A stretch of 55,742 nucleotides of DNA from Thermodesulfovibrionia bacterium (GCA_945788685.1 CALZMZ010000002.1:1-55742); one strand, 5' to 3'; positions 47,209 to 55,742 are shown, numbered from the stretch's first letter. The notes: generated from the letters alone by a model not told the origin. Translations and numbers: made by a program.

Positions 47209-47243
47209 AAAAACCCTCCTTTATTTCAAAGGAGGGTTTTTTT
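47209..47243. terminator. Bidirectional rho-independent terminator
   Basis: AAAAACCCTCCTT-TATTTCA-AAGGAGGGTTTTTTT between the convergent fadL-like gene and the kinase gene. Confidence 0.85.
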
Positions 47244-47264
47244 GCATTAAAATATGACAGGAGT

Positions 47265-48602
47265 TTACTTGGGAAGAATAAAATAAAAGTTGTTTCCATA
47301 TTGTGTAGCTTCATAGCCTACAGTACCGCCATGAATCTCGATAGCATTCTTGATAAACGAAAGGCCATGTCCTGTCCCTGGCTGGCTTATAACATTACTT
47401 CCTCTGAATTCCTCATTAAATAACCTGTCTCTTTCTTCAGGGGGTATATGGGGACCTGTGCTGAAAACATTGAACTTTACTCCGTCCCTGCCATGACCGA
47501 AATGATTATTGATTATTTCATGTCCATATGAGATATACTTTCTGGTTTCTCCTGAAGCTAATGTTATTTCCTGAGTGTACTTGACAGCATTTGAAAAAAG
47601 ATTGGCATACACCTGTGCGACCAGACCCACATCTACTACAGAAATAATTTCCGATTCAGGTATTCCACTGCTTTTATTGTCAACAGATATCCCCATCCGT
47701 TTCATCTGTTCCATATAGCGGTCGAGTTGAGGCTGGATAACGTCTTTTTTCATATTGCAGGGCTTGGTCCTGGGAGTGAGTCTCCCCTGATCAAAATGGC
47801 TTTTTCTGAATAATGTCTCGATGAAAAGACTCATATTAACATAATGCTTTTCTATGTTCTCAAGTTCTCTTGTGAGGCCCTGATTTATGTCAACCATTTC
47901 CTCTGAAAAATCTTTCATGCATGTCTCATCACATTTTCCTGCAGAGAACTTGTTACTGAAGATGTCGCCCAGCTCGATATTCTTCTCGATTTTCCTCCTC
48001 AAGCCTCTGAGAAACAGTTTATATACCATATTGGGTACAATTATGTTGTGCTCTATGTCAGCTACAAGTGACTTGATGAATCTAAGATGTTCAATGTTCT
48101 TCTGGATAAGGAATTTGTTATGAAGTTTAAAACCTATGCGGTTTGCAAATTTTTCAAAGAACAATTTCTTATGTTTGTCTATTTCCTGTAAAGGATAAAT
48201 GACCAGCAGTCCAAGGACGTCGTCTTTCACCTCAAAGGGAAGTTCTTCTATAAGCGGCTCTTTTCCTCGAATTGTCAAAACCAGCCTGTCATTGCCTGCC
48301 ATATAGGGATGATCGCCCGGCATAATGTCATCAGGAGGAGGGGATTTCAGGGTTCTGGTCTCTCCTTCAGTCATTGCAGCAAGGGACATGGTATTATATT
48401 TGGGATCCACTACATATAGACTTGCATCCAAATTAAAAAAGCCTTTTGGAATGGCAACGCACAGATTGTAAAAATCCTCAAGGCCGCCAAACTCCTGGGA
48501 CAGGTCAAAAAAGGTTTTCAGGGCATTGTTTTCCTGAGCAGTGAAATTATACTGCTGATAATCCCTTTTCTTTGTCTCGATGCGTTCAAATATATGGCTC
48601 AT
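47265..48602 (-). CDS. Cytoplasmic GAF-like sensor histidine kinase (orphan)
   Basis: H-box-like ADIEHNIIVP. HATPase N/G boxes (ANLFSNAVKY, GTGHGLSFIKNAIEIHGG). No TM segment and no adjacent response regulator. Confidence 0.72.
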   Translation of the reverse strand: MSHIFERIETKKRDYQQYNFTAQENNALKTFFDLSQEFGGLEDFYNLCVAIPKGFFNLDASLYVVDPKYNTMSLAAMTEGETRTLKSPPPDDIMPGDHPYMAGNDRLVLTIRGKEPLIEELPFEVKDDVLGLLVIYPLQEIDKHKKLFFEKFANRIGFKLHNKFLIQKNIEHLRFIKSLVADIEHNIIVPNMVYKLFLRGLRRKIEKNIELGDIFSNKFSAGKCDETCMKDFSEEMVDINQGLTRELENIEKHYVNMSLFIETLFRKSHFDQGRLTPRTKPCNMKKDVIQPQLDRYMEQMKRMGISVDNKSSGIPESEIISVVDVGLVAQVYANLFSNAVKYTQEITLASGETRKYISYGHEIINNHFGHGRDGVKFNVFSTGPHIPPEERDRLFNEEFRGSNVISQPGTGHGLSFIKNAIEIHGGTVGYEATQYGNNFYFILPK

Positions 48603-48771
48603 ATTACTCGCAATACGTTAATACAATAAAATGTATCCCCTGTTATATAAAGAGAAACCATGATTTTAATCGTTATTTTGAGGTGAAACCGCTATACCCA
48701 TTCTATCATAATTGTTTTTTTAAATAACACTCCGTCTGATATATATAAGTTAATTCTTCATGTCTGATTCA

Positions 48772-49419
48772 TTACCTCAGTAATACGTACAGGGCACCAA
48801 GTCCTCCGTCACATTGCCGTGCTGATACAAAGGCCACGATATTCTTTCTGTGCCGCTTTGAGAGCAGCCTGACTACAGCGTCTTTCAGCACAGGTCCTTT
48901 TGCTGACCTGAGCCCTCTGCCATGGATTATTTTAATGCACTTATGTCTGTTCTTCAGTGATTCCCTGATAAAATGGTCAACTTCGGCTTGAGCATCCTCA
49001 AGAATTACACCGTGCAGATCAAGGCAGTCCTGTATGGCGTAATGGCCTTTATGAAGTCTGTTGGCCACCGTATCTCCATAGTCTCTATTGATCCATTCTA
49101 TGTATTCCGGGGTGTCAGGCAGATGCACGGGACGCGTGCCGATTACAATCTCTTCAAGAGCTGTAACCGCATCCCTGTCCAGCGTTTTTGATATGCAACT
49201 TACTGATGCTCCTTTTTTCCGGTTCAGCGGGATTTCTCTGAATTCCTTAATTTCACTGACTTCTCTCATCGCATTAATGAACAACATTTCATCGCATACC
49301 GGAGAGGTATTTGCAGTATCAGTGGGAGCAGCTTTTTTCTTTTTCTTCTTAATAAGCCTTTTCAGGTCTTTAAATGAATGGGAAACCAGTGTATCAGATG
49401 ACTGTTTTCTCGTGCTCAT
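48772..49419 (-). CDS. Smr-domain protein
   Basis: C-terminal LDLHGVILEDAQAEVDHFI...IIHGRGLRS...GGLGALYVLL is a typical Smr (MutS2 C-terminal-like) domain. The N-terminus is K-rich. Confidence 0.85.
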   Translation of the reverse strand: MSTRKQSSDTLVSHSFKDLKRLIKKKKKKAAPTDTANTSPVCDEMLFINAMREVSEIKEFREIPLNRKKGASVSCISKTLDRDAVTALEEIVIGTRPVHLPDTPEYIEWINRDYGDTVANRLHKGHYAIQDCLDLHGVILEDAQAEVDHFIRESLKNRHKCIKIIHGRGLRSAKGPVLKDAVVRLLSKRHRKNIVAFVSARQCDGGLGALYVLLR

Positions 49420-49508
49420 GGTCTCATCTCTTCACCCATTATATCAAAAATCAACTTTCGTAATTTGGTATGATGTTCTGAACCGGATTTTGCTCATGAA
49501 GTTACTAT

Positions 49509-49543
49509 TTATTAATAATAAAAAAAGGCGGCTCCAGAACCGG
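49509..49543 (-). terminator. Rho-independent terminator after the cytochrome gene
   Basis: GGCGGCTCC / GGAGCCGCC stem. On the minus strand it is followed by TTTTTTTATTATT. Confidence 0.85.
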
Positions 49544-49572
49544 AGCCGCCTTTCTAAACTTACATGTTGCTA

Positions 49573-52071
49573 TCAGCAGTACCGTCTGCAGGACCGCTCT
49601 TCACAGTCGGTCTTTCCATCACAGTCATTATCTATGCCGTCGGTACACATCGTGCGTCTCCGTTCCCGGGAGGTTGTTGGTACACAGGTCTGCTCACAAT
49701 CCGGATCATCGGCGTCTGTAAGACCATCGCAGTCATTGTCCAGATTGTCATCACAGATTTCTGCTGAAGACTGCATATTCTGAATACACTGAAGTGAACC
49801 GCCCTGACAGTCTGTAGTACCAGCAGCACAGACTCCATTGAGTCCTGTGCTGCAGGACATCCCGCCTCCTGGATTGCCTTCATCAATCTGTCCATCGCAG
49901 TCATCATCTGCACCGTTACAGACTTCAGTCAAAGGAACACACACCTGACAGGCCGCATCGCCGTCACAATCAGTATCATTACAGTCGACCATACCATCAC
50001 AGTCGTTATCAACACCATCAGTGCATGTTTCAGTTGATGGAGTACAGGTTCCACCATCTCCCATCCATGTCGTAGAAGCCATGGTGTATGGATATGACAT
50101 GCCGGTGTTCAGCCATGCCTCAAGCATGACCATGCCGTCATTAGCGAGGAAGGAAACGGATCCATTATTCGCAAGATAGAGGAACTGGATATATTCCCAG
50201 CTCGTAGTCTGATAGAGAAGGTCAATAGATGCCGATGTCGCTCCAGCAGGAGGATTCAGGGAAACCTCATCCCAGTATTCATAAGTACCACCCATGCCCG
50301 GGTTTCCGTACTGGTCATCCGGAACTGGCAGGCAGCTTCTCGATAGACATTCATCATAACTCATACCATAGGTGGGGATGCGGTTGTCATGGGTCATTAT
50401 GTTGTTGAGAACAAAATGAAAGGTCTTCTTGTATGGGCCAAAATCTCCGTTTGCCAGTTCTGCGATTGTTCCTGCAGGATTCCCGGTGTAACGGTCGTAG
50501 CCCAGCGCGATTGGTCCATAGTAGTTTGCATTGACTGCCATGAGCTTCGCTGCCCAGTCCTGAGTGATTCCCGGCTCAGCCTCATATATTTTAGTGTTTG
50601 GGTCATGGAGATCAATAATGGATTCCGCTTCAACATCTGGTCCACCTGCCGGATTTGGCACTGTTACACCGATTGGCCCGTATGCCCCGTCTTCCCTGAG
50701 CAGGTTGTTGTTGACATCATACCATTTGATATTGAGCCACATGCGCCGGCCTTCGGGATAGCCACTGATGAGTTTGTGTCCTGTCAGGTTGACCACCTTG
50801 AGAACATTGCCGTTCACCGATAAAGCAGCGGCGTTTTCAAGCTGTACCTTTGCCCGTGCTGCTCCTTCATCCCAGGAATCTCTCTGAAATCTCTCGAGCT
50901 CATCGGTCAGCCTCAGTTTCCCACGGGTATACAGATACTTCATTGCCTCGGGCATCCAGTAATTGCCTCCCTGCATATCATGGAATGGAAAATCAGTGAG
51001 ACGTGCACCGATGTCATCGTCGCCGTATCCGATCACGGGTGGAAGGTGACATGTCTGGCAGCTGAAGTAGCGGGGCGTTCCGTCTGCATAATCTCCACCA
51101 CGTCCAGCCAATTGAGAAGCATTATAGGCCCTCATAATAGCCCCGTCCCGGAGTTCCGCAGGAAGGGAGGTGTAATTTGAAACCAGGGTTTGGGAAAGCT
51201 GCCCTGCCTTATATTCACTGAATGTCCTTTCTACAATACCGTACTTGTAAGGGGCATTGTTAAAAGCTGCCTTTTCATCAACGGGTGTTCCGAGTGCTCC
51301 GCTGAACGTCCCGGGCTGAAGAGGTACCATTGTCCCATTGTTGGGTGCCAGATCGCCGACAGCGGGATTTGATACGTCATGGCAGGTACCGCAGAAATCC
51401 ACGTCGCGATGGAATTGTGATTGCATGACCGGGTGATCAGCATCAAGAACTCCCGGATCGTAGGGGCCCGGTCTCTCTTCATCACCCCAGAGGACTGCCA
51501 TACCGCTTCCGTAATAACCGATTATATTATTTGGATCGCTGCCGGGGTCTCCATAATCATTTGCAAGAAAAGGAAAGAACTGTACGCCGATATGTTCTGA
51601 ATCATCGGGGTTTGTCATCTTGTGACAGAGTTCACAGAGAACACCATCTGCATCATCCATAGTGATTGCAGAACCGTCCGTAGGAGTAGACCGTCCATCA
51701 TACCATGCCCTCGGGGCGTGACAGCGGAGACATAAATCACCGGATCCGTCGAAATCCTGCTCGGCAATGGCCATCGTGGCCCAGAATATAGGGTCCCTGC
51801 CGGCCTGTGCCATCATGCTGCCTGACCAGCGCTGTGTGAGACTCTCCGGTCTGTCCTCAGCTTCATGGCAGTTCAGGCACGCTTTATTGAGTGTATTGTC
51901 CTGCCATGGACCCGGTACATCTTCGACCGCAGGAATGAGGGTTTTCACTTCCATCGGCTGCGTACCGGGCTGCTGAATTTCATTGGGTACAATATCTGCA
52001 GCATATATAAAACCAGCAATAAAGAGCAGAAGAATACATATTAGAAATGATAAATAATATTTTGCTTTCAT
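49573..52071 (-). CDS. Secreted pentahaem c-type cytochrome with C-terminal Cys/Asp-rich DNDCDG (MopE-type) repeats
   Basis: ATG 52071 (MKAKYYLSFLICILLLFIAGFIYA signal/anchor). Five CxxCH motifs (CLNCH, CLRCH, CELCH, CGTCH, CQTCH). Four C-terminal repeats (TDGVDNDCDGMVD, NGADDDCDGQID, DDNLDNDCDGLTD, TDGIDNDCDGKTD). Confidence 0.85.
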   Translation of the reverse strand: MKAKYYLSFLICILLLFIAGFIYAADIVPNEIQQPGTQPMEVKTLIPAVEDVPGPWQDNTLNKACLNCHEAEDRPESLTQRWSGSMMAQAGRDPIFWATMAIAEQDFDGSGDLCLRCHAPRAWYDGRSTPTDGSAITMDDADGVLCELCHKMTNPDDSEHIGVQFFPFLANDYGDPGSDPNNIIGYYGSGMAVLWGDEERPGPYDPGVLDADHPVMQSQFHRDVDFCGTCHDVSNPAVGDLAPNNGTMVPLQPGTFSGALGTPVDEKAAFNNAPYKYGIVERTFSEYKAGQLSQTLVSNYTSLPAELRDGAIMRAYNASQLAGRGGDYADGTPRYFSCQTCHLPPVIGYGDDDIGARLTDFPFHDMQGGNYWMPEAMKYLYTRGKLRLTDELERFQRDSWDEGAARAKVQLENAAALSVNGNVLKVVNLTGHKLISGYPEGRRMWLNIKWYDVNNNLLREDGAYGPIGVTVPNPAGGPDVEAESIIDLHDPNTKIYEAEPGITQDWAAKLMAVNANYYGPIALGYDRYTGNPAGTIAELANGDFGPYKKTFHFVLNNIMTHDNRIPTYGMSYDECLSRSCLPVPDDQYGNPGMGGTYEYWDEVSLNPPAGATSASIDLLYQTTSWEYIQFLYLANNGSVSFLANDGMVMLEAWLNTGMSYPYTMASTTWMGDGGTCTPSTETCTDGVDNDCDGMVDCNDTDCDGDAACQVCVPLTEVCNGADDDCDGQIDEGNPGGGMSCSTGLNGVCAAGTTDCQGGSLQCIQNMQSSAEICDDNLDNDCDGLTDADDPDCEQTCVPTTSRERRRTMCTDGIDNDCDGKTDCEERSCRRYC

Positions 52072-52186
52072 TACTCTTGTCCTTTCAGTAATAACAATGT
52101 TAAATATATTAAATTCATGCAATTAAACATCATCCCCTTCATAACTCGTATGAAAAAGAGAAATTACATTTATAAATAAAACAATC

Positions 52187-52223
52187 GCCGGATTTCCAGG
52201 ATTTATATGACAGGAAATCCGGC
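52187..52223 (-). promoter_or_regulatory. Strong hairpin in the region upstream of the cytochrome gene (terminator/attenuator-like)
   Basis: GCCGGATTTCC - 15 nt - GGAAATCCGGC. On the minus strand it is followed by GATTGTTTTATTTAT. It lies about 115 nt upstream of ATG 52071. Confidence 0.4.
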
Positions 52224-52661
52224 TATCTTCGTATAGACAGTGAAAACATGTTATTGACCCTCATCCAAGACGGACTCATTAAATCAGGTGCAGTATTAAA
52301 AAATTATTAATATGTATTTAATATCAAGAAATATTGATCATGTCAATCAGTATTTATAACCGAATAAATCAATTAAATAAACGCAAAAAGTTACAATAAA
52401 CTCAGCCACATGTCTCTTGTGACCGCAGGATTTGTTGTATCGAAATTTTTATACCTCCTGGCTAAATAAGCATATTTTTTAAGATTAAGGATGAAAGCCT
52501 GATCTATGCGAAGCCCGGTCTTACTATTCATAGTCGAAAACTATGACCTATTCCCGAAACCAGGGGATTTCACCCATGGTTTGATTGAATATGTAATATT
52601 GTGAAATATGTTATGAAAATGGTGATAATTCAGAAAGGCAATGTGGATTTTTCAGCAGGCT

Positions 52662-54293
52662 TTAATTCATACCAAGGGCCTCTCTAGTCATTTGCTCAGC
52701 TTTACTGAAAACAGCGGCTTTTTCTTCTTCTGTTCTCGCTTCAATATAAAATCTGACTTTAGGTTCTGTTCCGGACGGTCTGATCATGAGCCATGAACCA
52801 TCGTCAAATACGAGTTTAGTGCCATCAACAGTGATCACTTTTTTGATTGTCCGTTCTTTACCATTAATGCGTACCTTTGCTCCTTCCGGATACCTGTCCC
52901 GGATCACAGATAATTTTTCTGTTAACATTCCTCCGGCAAGCGATCTGTCTACATCGATTCCCGAGCGATCAGGGAAATAATGACCAAATTCATCCATGAT
53001 GTCATTAAGGTAATCGCTGATATTCTTGCCTGTGACCGCCATCATCTCAATTGATAAAAGCAAACCAAAGAGAGCATCCTTTTCCAACGTATGATTAAAA
53101 CCTGATATACCATCAGACTCTTCAAAACAGACAATGGCCCGTTCAATGGTATCTTTTGTCATATAAGGTCTGAAATTCTTGAAGCCTACCTGGGTCTCTT
53201 TTACAGGAATTCCCAGTTTTTCTGATATGGCATTTACGAGATTGCTTGTTCCAACAGACTTGACTGCAATGCCTGAAAAGCCTTTGTGGACATGGAGAAA
53301 ATGAAGTGCCATGGCCCCGAAATAATTCATCGGTATCTGGATGTTCGCATCAGCATATCGTATCCTGTCGCCGTCAGGGTCCATAATTATTCCCAATCTG
53401 AAAGCGGCATTACTTTTATGGAGAGTGTCTTCAACGCCTTTCATATTAGTCTCTGAAGGCTCCGGTGCCACTCCTCCAAACAGAACATCATCCTCTGTCC
53501 TGAGATATTTGATTTTACTGCTCTCGCCAATGATCCTTTGAATCCTGTTTCGCGTGGCGCCATGAACATTGTCTATGCAGATAAAACAGTCCCGGGTGTC
53601 AATAAAATTTCTGATCTTATCAACATCAACTGTTTTCCGGTCATTTATAAATTTTATATACTGGTCTGCAGGATCTATCCGGTCAATAGTTGATGGTTCT
53701 GTTTTCTCTATTACAGGAGACCGGGCCATCATCCTGTTTGCGATCGCTTCTATTCTGGTTGTGATCTCAGGTCCGGCAGGACCGCCGTCTGAAGGATTGA
53801 ATTTAAATCCGCCGTAGTTGGCAGGATTATGAGACGGCGTGAGGTTTATTGAACAGGCCGCATGAAGCATCTCAATGGCCGTGGAAAATTCAGGGGTCAC
53901 TGCTTCACCTGCATACCAGGTCCTGATACCATTTTTCTGGAGCAGGCCGAGGACTTCCATCGCAAATTCAGGCCCGAGAAAACGATTGTCATGTCCAACA
54001 ATTACGCCCCTGCTTTTTATTTCATCAAATCCGGACACACCCATTGCTTTCATGACAGAAGGATCACTTTCTTTGAACATTTCAATTATTGCTGATGTTA
54101 CAATTCTGACAGTATTAAATGTATAATCAGTTCCGATCTCACCTCTCCACCCTGACGTGCCGAACACAACCTTGATGGGGTTATTATTTTCATAAGCAAA
54201 TTTCTCTATGACTGATAGCAGGTTTCTGTTTGCATTAACATCAGCAAGTATTATCTTCCAGCATTCCGCAGCATTCTCAAACTCCTTGGTCAT
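52662..54293 (-). CDS. pgm: Phosphoglucomutase (alpha-D-phosphohexomutase family)
   Basis: Active-site TPSHNPANYGGFKFN and metal loop DPDGDR. ATG 54293 preceded by AGGAGG, giving 543 aa. Confidence 0.9.
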   Translation of the reverse strand: MTKEFENAAECWKIILADVNANRNLLSVIEKFAYENNNPIKVVFGTSGWRGEIGTDYTFNTVRIVTSAIIEMFKESDPSVMKAMGVSGFDEIKSRGVIVGHDNRFLGPEFAMEVLGLLQKNGIRTWYAGEAVTPEFSTAIEMLHAACSINLTPSHNPANYGGFKFNPSDGGPAGPEITTRIEAIANRMMARSPVIEKTEPSTIDRIDPADQYIKFINDRKTVDVDKIRNFIDTRDCFICIDNVHGATRNRIQRIIGESSKIKYLRTEDDVLFGGVAPEPSETNMKGVEDTLHKSNAAFRLGIIMDPDGDRIRYADANIQIPMNYFGAMALHFLHVHKGFSGIAVKSVGTSNLVNAISEKLGIPVKETQVGFKNFRPYMTKDTIERAIVCFEESDGISGFNHTLEKDALFGLLLSIEMMAVTGKNISDYLNDIMDEFGHYFPDRSGIDVDRSLAGGMLTEKLSVIRDRYPEGAKVRINGKERTIKKVITVDGTKLVFDDGSWLMIRPSGTEPKVRFYIEARTEEEKAAVFSKAEQMTREALGMN

Positions 54294-54434
54294 CGTTCCT
54301 CCTGGATGTTGTGATTGATTTTGTTTTTTATATATTATCATATGAAATTATTGATTTCTCTAAATCATGCGTTAGGTTGATATTAAGTCTTTATCTATGG
54401 AATTCCTTGATGATTCTATCTGTTTCATTCAAAC

Positions 54435-54550
54435 TCCCTCCCCCTTGACAGGTGAGGGGAAGGGTGGGGGTGTTTTATGAATGTTTTCATAACCCTCCCC
54501 TTAATCCCCTCTCGGTACGAGTCGATTCCGACCCGTCAAGGGAGGGGAGA
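54435..54550. repeat. GC-rich dispersed palindromic repeat (second copy)
   Basis: Outer arms CTCCCTCCCCCTTGAC / GTCAAGGGAGGGGAG, inner arms GAGGGGAAGGGTGGGGG / CCCTCCCCTTAATCCCCTC, and the 18-mer GGTACGAGTCGATTCCGA (54515-54532). Confidence 0.7.
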
Positions 54551-54629
54551 TGCTACGCAATTGTGCTTCAGAGCAATGCATTGATATTAATTGTCTTAAT
54601 CAATACAATGGGTTACAATTATCGTCATT

Positions 54630-55085
54630 ATGAATATTTCTGTTATAGGCGCGGGTACATGCGATAAGGACACGTATGCAATCGCTGAACATATCGGCAA
54701 GCTCATAGCACATAAAGGCGCTGTCCTTGTCACAGGCGGTCTGGGCGGTGTTATGGAAGCAGCTTCAAAAGGTGCCAAAGAGACAGGTGGAACGGTTATA
54801 GGATTACTCCCGGGATTCAGTAAAAAAGATGCAAATGCCTATGTAACCATTCCGGTAATCACAGGACTCAGTCATGCAAGGAACGTTATAGTTGTAAGAT
54901 CAGCAGATGCTGTTATTGCTGTAGCTGGGGAATATGGGACACTTTCAGAAATAGCCATTGCATTAAAGCTTGGCAAGCCTGTCATCGGCCTTAATACATG
55001 GGAAAATATCGAAGGTGTAGTGAAAGCAGATAATGCCGATGATGCGGTGGCCAGGGCATTTGAATTGGCGGGGAAATCAATGTAG
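54630..55085 (+). CDS. TIGR00725/LOG-like Rossmann-fold protein
   Basis: VTGGLGGVMEAASKGA and AGEYGTLSEIAIAL motifs. 151 aa. Confidence 0.78.
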   Translation: MNISVIGAGTCDKDTYAIAEHIGKLIAHKGAVLVTGGLGGVMEAASKGAKETGGTVIGLLPGFSKKDANAYVTIPVITGLSHARNVIVVRSADAVIAVAGEYGTLSEIAIALKLGKPVIGLNTWENIEGVVKADNADDAVARAFELAGKSM

Positions 55086-55107
55086 GGGCATGGCGCGCCA
55101 TGCCCCT
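55084..55107. terminator. Perfect 24-nt GC-rich palindrome between convergent genes
   Basis: AGGGGCATGGCG/CGCCATGCCCCT. The stem sequence resembles the arms of the leuS insert (GGGGCAGGG...CCCTGCCCC). Confidence 0.6.
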
Positions 55108-55114
55108 CCTGTAT

Positions 55115-55742
55115 CTAATTACCTGATTGTTTCTGCAGATACTTATAGAAATCACCTTTTGTGGAGAGTATCAGCCAGTCTTTTTCAGACATGGTCGTCT
55201 TGTAGGTCTCCATGGTTTTTATAAAATTATAAAACTCCCGTGACTCGGGGCTCTGGTTATAGGCCTTCGCATAAATCGTGGTTGCCTCGGCATCAGCCTT
55301 ACCTACTATCTCCTGTGCTGTTTTATAGGCACCGGACTGGATCTTTTTCAGCTCCCTCTCCTTGTCACCGAGAATTTTGGAAGCCCCTCCCTGTCCTTCA
55401 GAACGGAATTTGTCTGCTATCCTCTTACGTTCAGTAATCATTCGCTCGTAAATCTTTTTCTGAACTTCCTCAACATAATTGATTCTTTTCAGCCTCAGAT
55501 CAAGCAGCTCTATGCCCAGTTCAAGGGTGCGGGGAGCTGCATTGGTTATTATGGACCTTGTCAGTACTTCTCTTCCAAATTTTATTTGTTGCAATGTAGC
55601 TGCAATCTCTCCCGCGACCAGCTCATCAGGTAAATTAGGAGTCCTGTTTGTAGAACGTACAATCTCAACAAGCAGGTGTTTGGCAATCGCGTTTCTTGTT
55701 TCACCGTCCAGAATATCATCAAGTCTGGACTGGGCGCCCCTT
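55115..55742 (-). CDS. hflC: HflC-like SPFH/band-7 protease modulator (5' end outside window)
   Basis: The frame stays open to the window edge. The C-terminal part reads YERMITERKRIADKFRSEGQG...AEATTIYAKAYN...EFYNFIKTMETYK, typical of HflC. Confidence 0.82.
   Translation of the reverse strand, partial: RGAQSRLDDILDGETRNAIAKHLLVEIVRSTNRTPNLPDELVAGEIAATLQQIKFGREVLTRSIITNAAPRTLELGIELLDLRLKRINYVEEVQKKIYERMITERKRIADKFRSEGQGGASKILGDKERELKKIQSGAYKTAQEIVGKADAEATTIYAKAYNQSPESREFYNFIKTMETYKTTMSEKDWLILSTKGDFYKYLQKQSGN

Noticed and set aside
49088-49783. 231-aa plus-strand ORF spanning the Smr / cytochrome boundary. The same applies to other long antisense ORFs such as 23001..23666 inside bamA and 33512..34060 inside the SBP gene.
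   Set aside because: They are antisense to well-supported genes and cross a strong terminator and an intergenic gap. They have low-complexity S/L-rich composition and no motif.
54452-54667. 71-aa plus-strand ORF upstream of the TIGR00725 gene. The same applies to 30157..30348 on the minus strand.
   Set aside because: They are translated from the GC-rich palindromic repeats (PLNPLS / GEGKGGG-type peptides) and are typical repeat-derived false ORFs.

Overview
This is a 55.7-kb, AT-rich (about 40% GC by eye) chromosomal segment from a Gram-negative, probably anaerobic bacterium. The gene content (sigma-54 activator, multihaem cytochrome, sulfur-relay genes, LpxI/GnnAB-type lipid A genes) looks Desulfobacterota- or Nitrospirota-like, but taxonomy cannot be proven from the sequence alone. 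Most of the window is core. It holds a LysE exporter, hicAB, an OYE flavoprotein, tlyA-dxs-ispA, an acyl-CoA ligase, rmlC-like/rmlB/rmlD, comEA and mltD. It also holds the envelope block bamA-skp-lpxD-fabZ-lpxA-lpxI plus GnnA/GnnB-like genes, then leuS-lptE-holA, rpsT, murJ, an MBL hydrolase, an SBP + hybrid-kinase operon, a sirtuin, ccsBA, pgm, a TIGR00725 protein and hflC (cut by the window edge). I saw no rRNA, tRNA, CRISPR array, transposase, integrase or phage genes. The best candidate for a new system is at 40.8-47.2 kb. It is a sigma-54-controlled sulfur-trafficking island (split YedE, PAS-PAS sigma-54 activator, DsrE-like, TusA) whose operon also encodes a secreted double-DUF302 protein and a FadL-type outer-membrane channel. 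That gives one component per envelope compartment. Other items worth follow-up: (1) a 58-nt GC-rich nested palindrome inserted in frame in leuS; (2) a ~200-nt long-hairpin element present twice (13.2 kb and 23.9 kb), which could be a MITE or a rod-shaped sRNA; (3) two paralogous 35/36-aa single-TM peptides below the ORF cutoff; (4) a family of inverted pairs of tandem 7-8-nt units in intergenic regions, one arm of which encodes the LptE signal peptide; (5) a 5-haem secreted cytochrome fused to four DNDCDG (MopE-type) Cys/Asp repeats; (6) a hybrid kinase with a CxxCH motif in its periplasmic sensor. All function calls rest on motif recognition by eye and gene context, and no database search was run.
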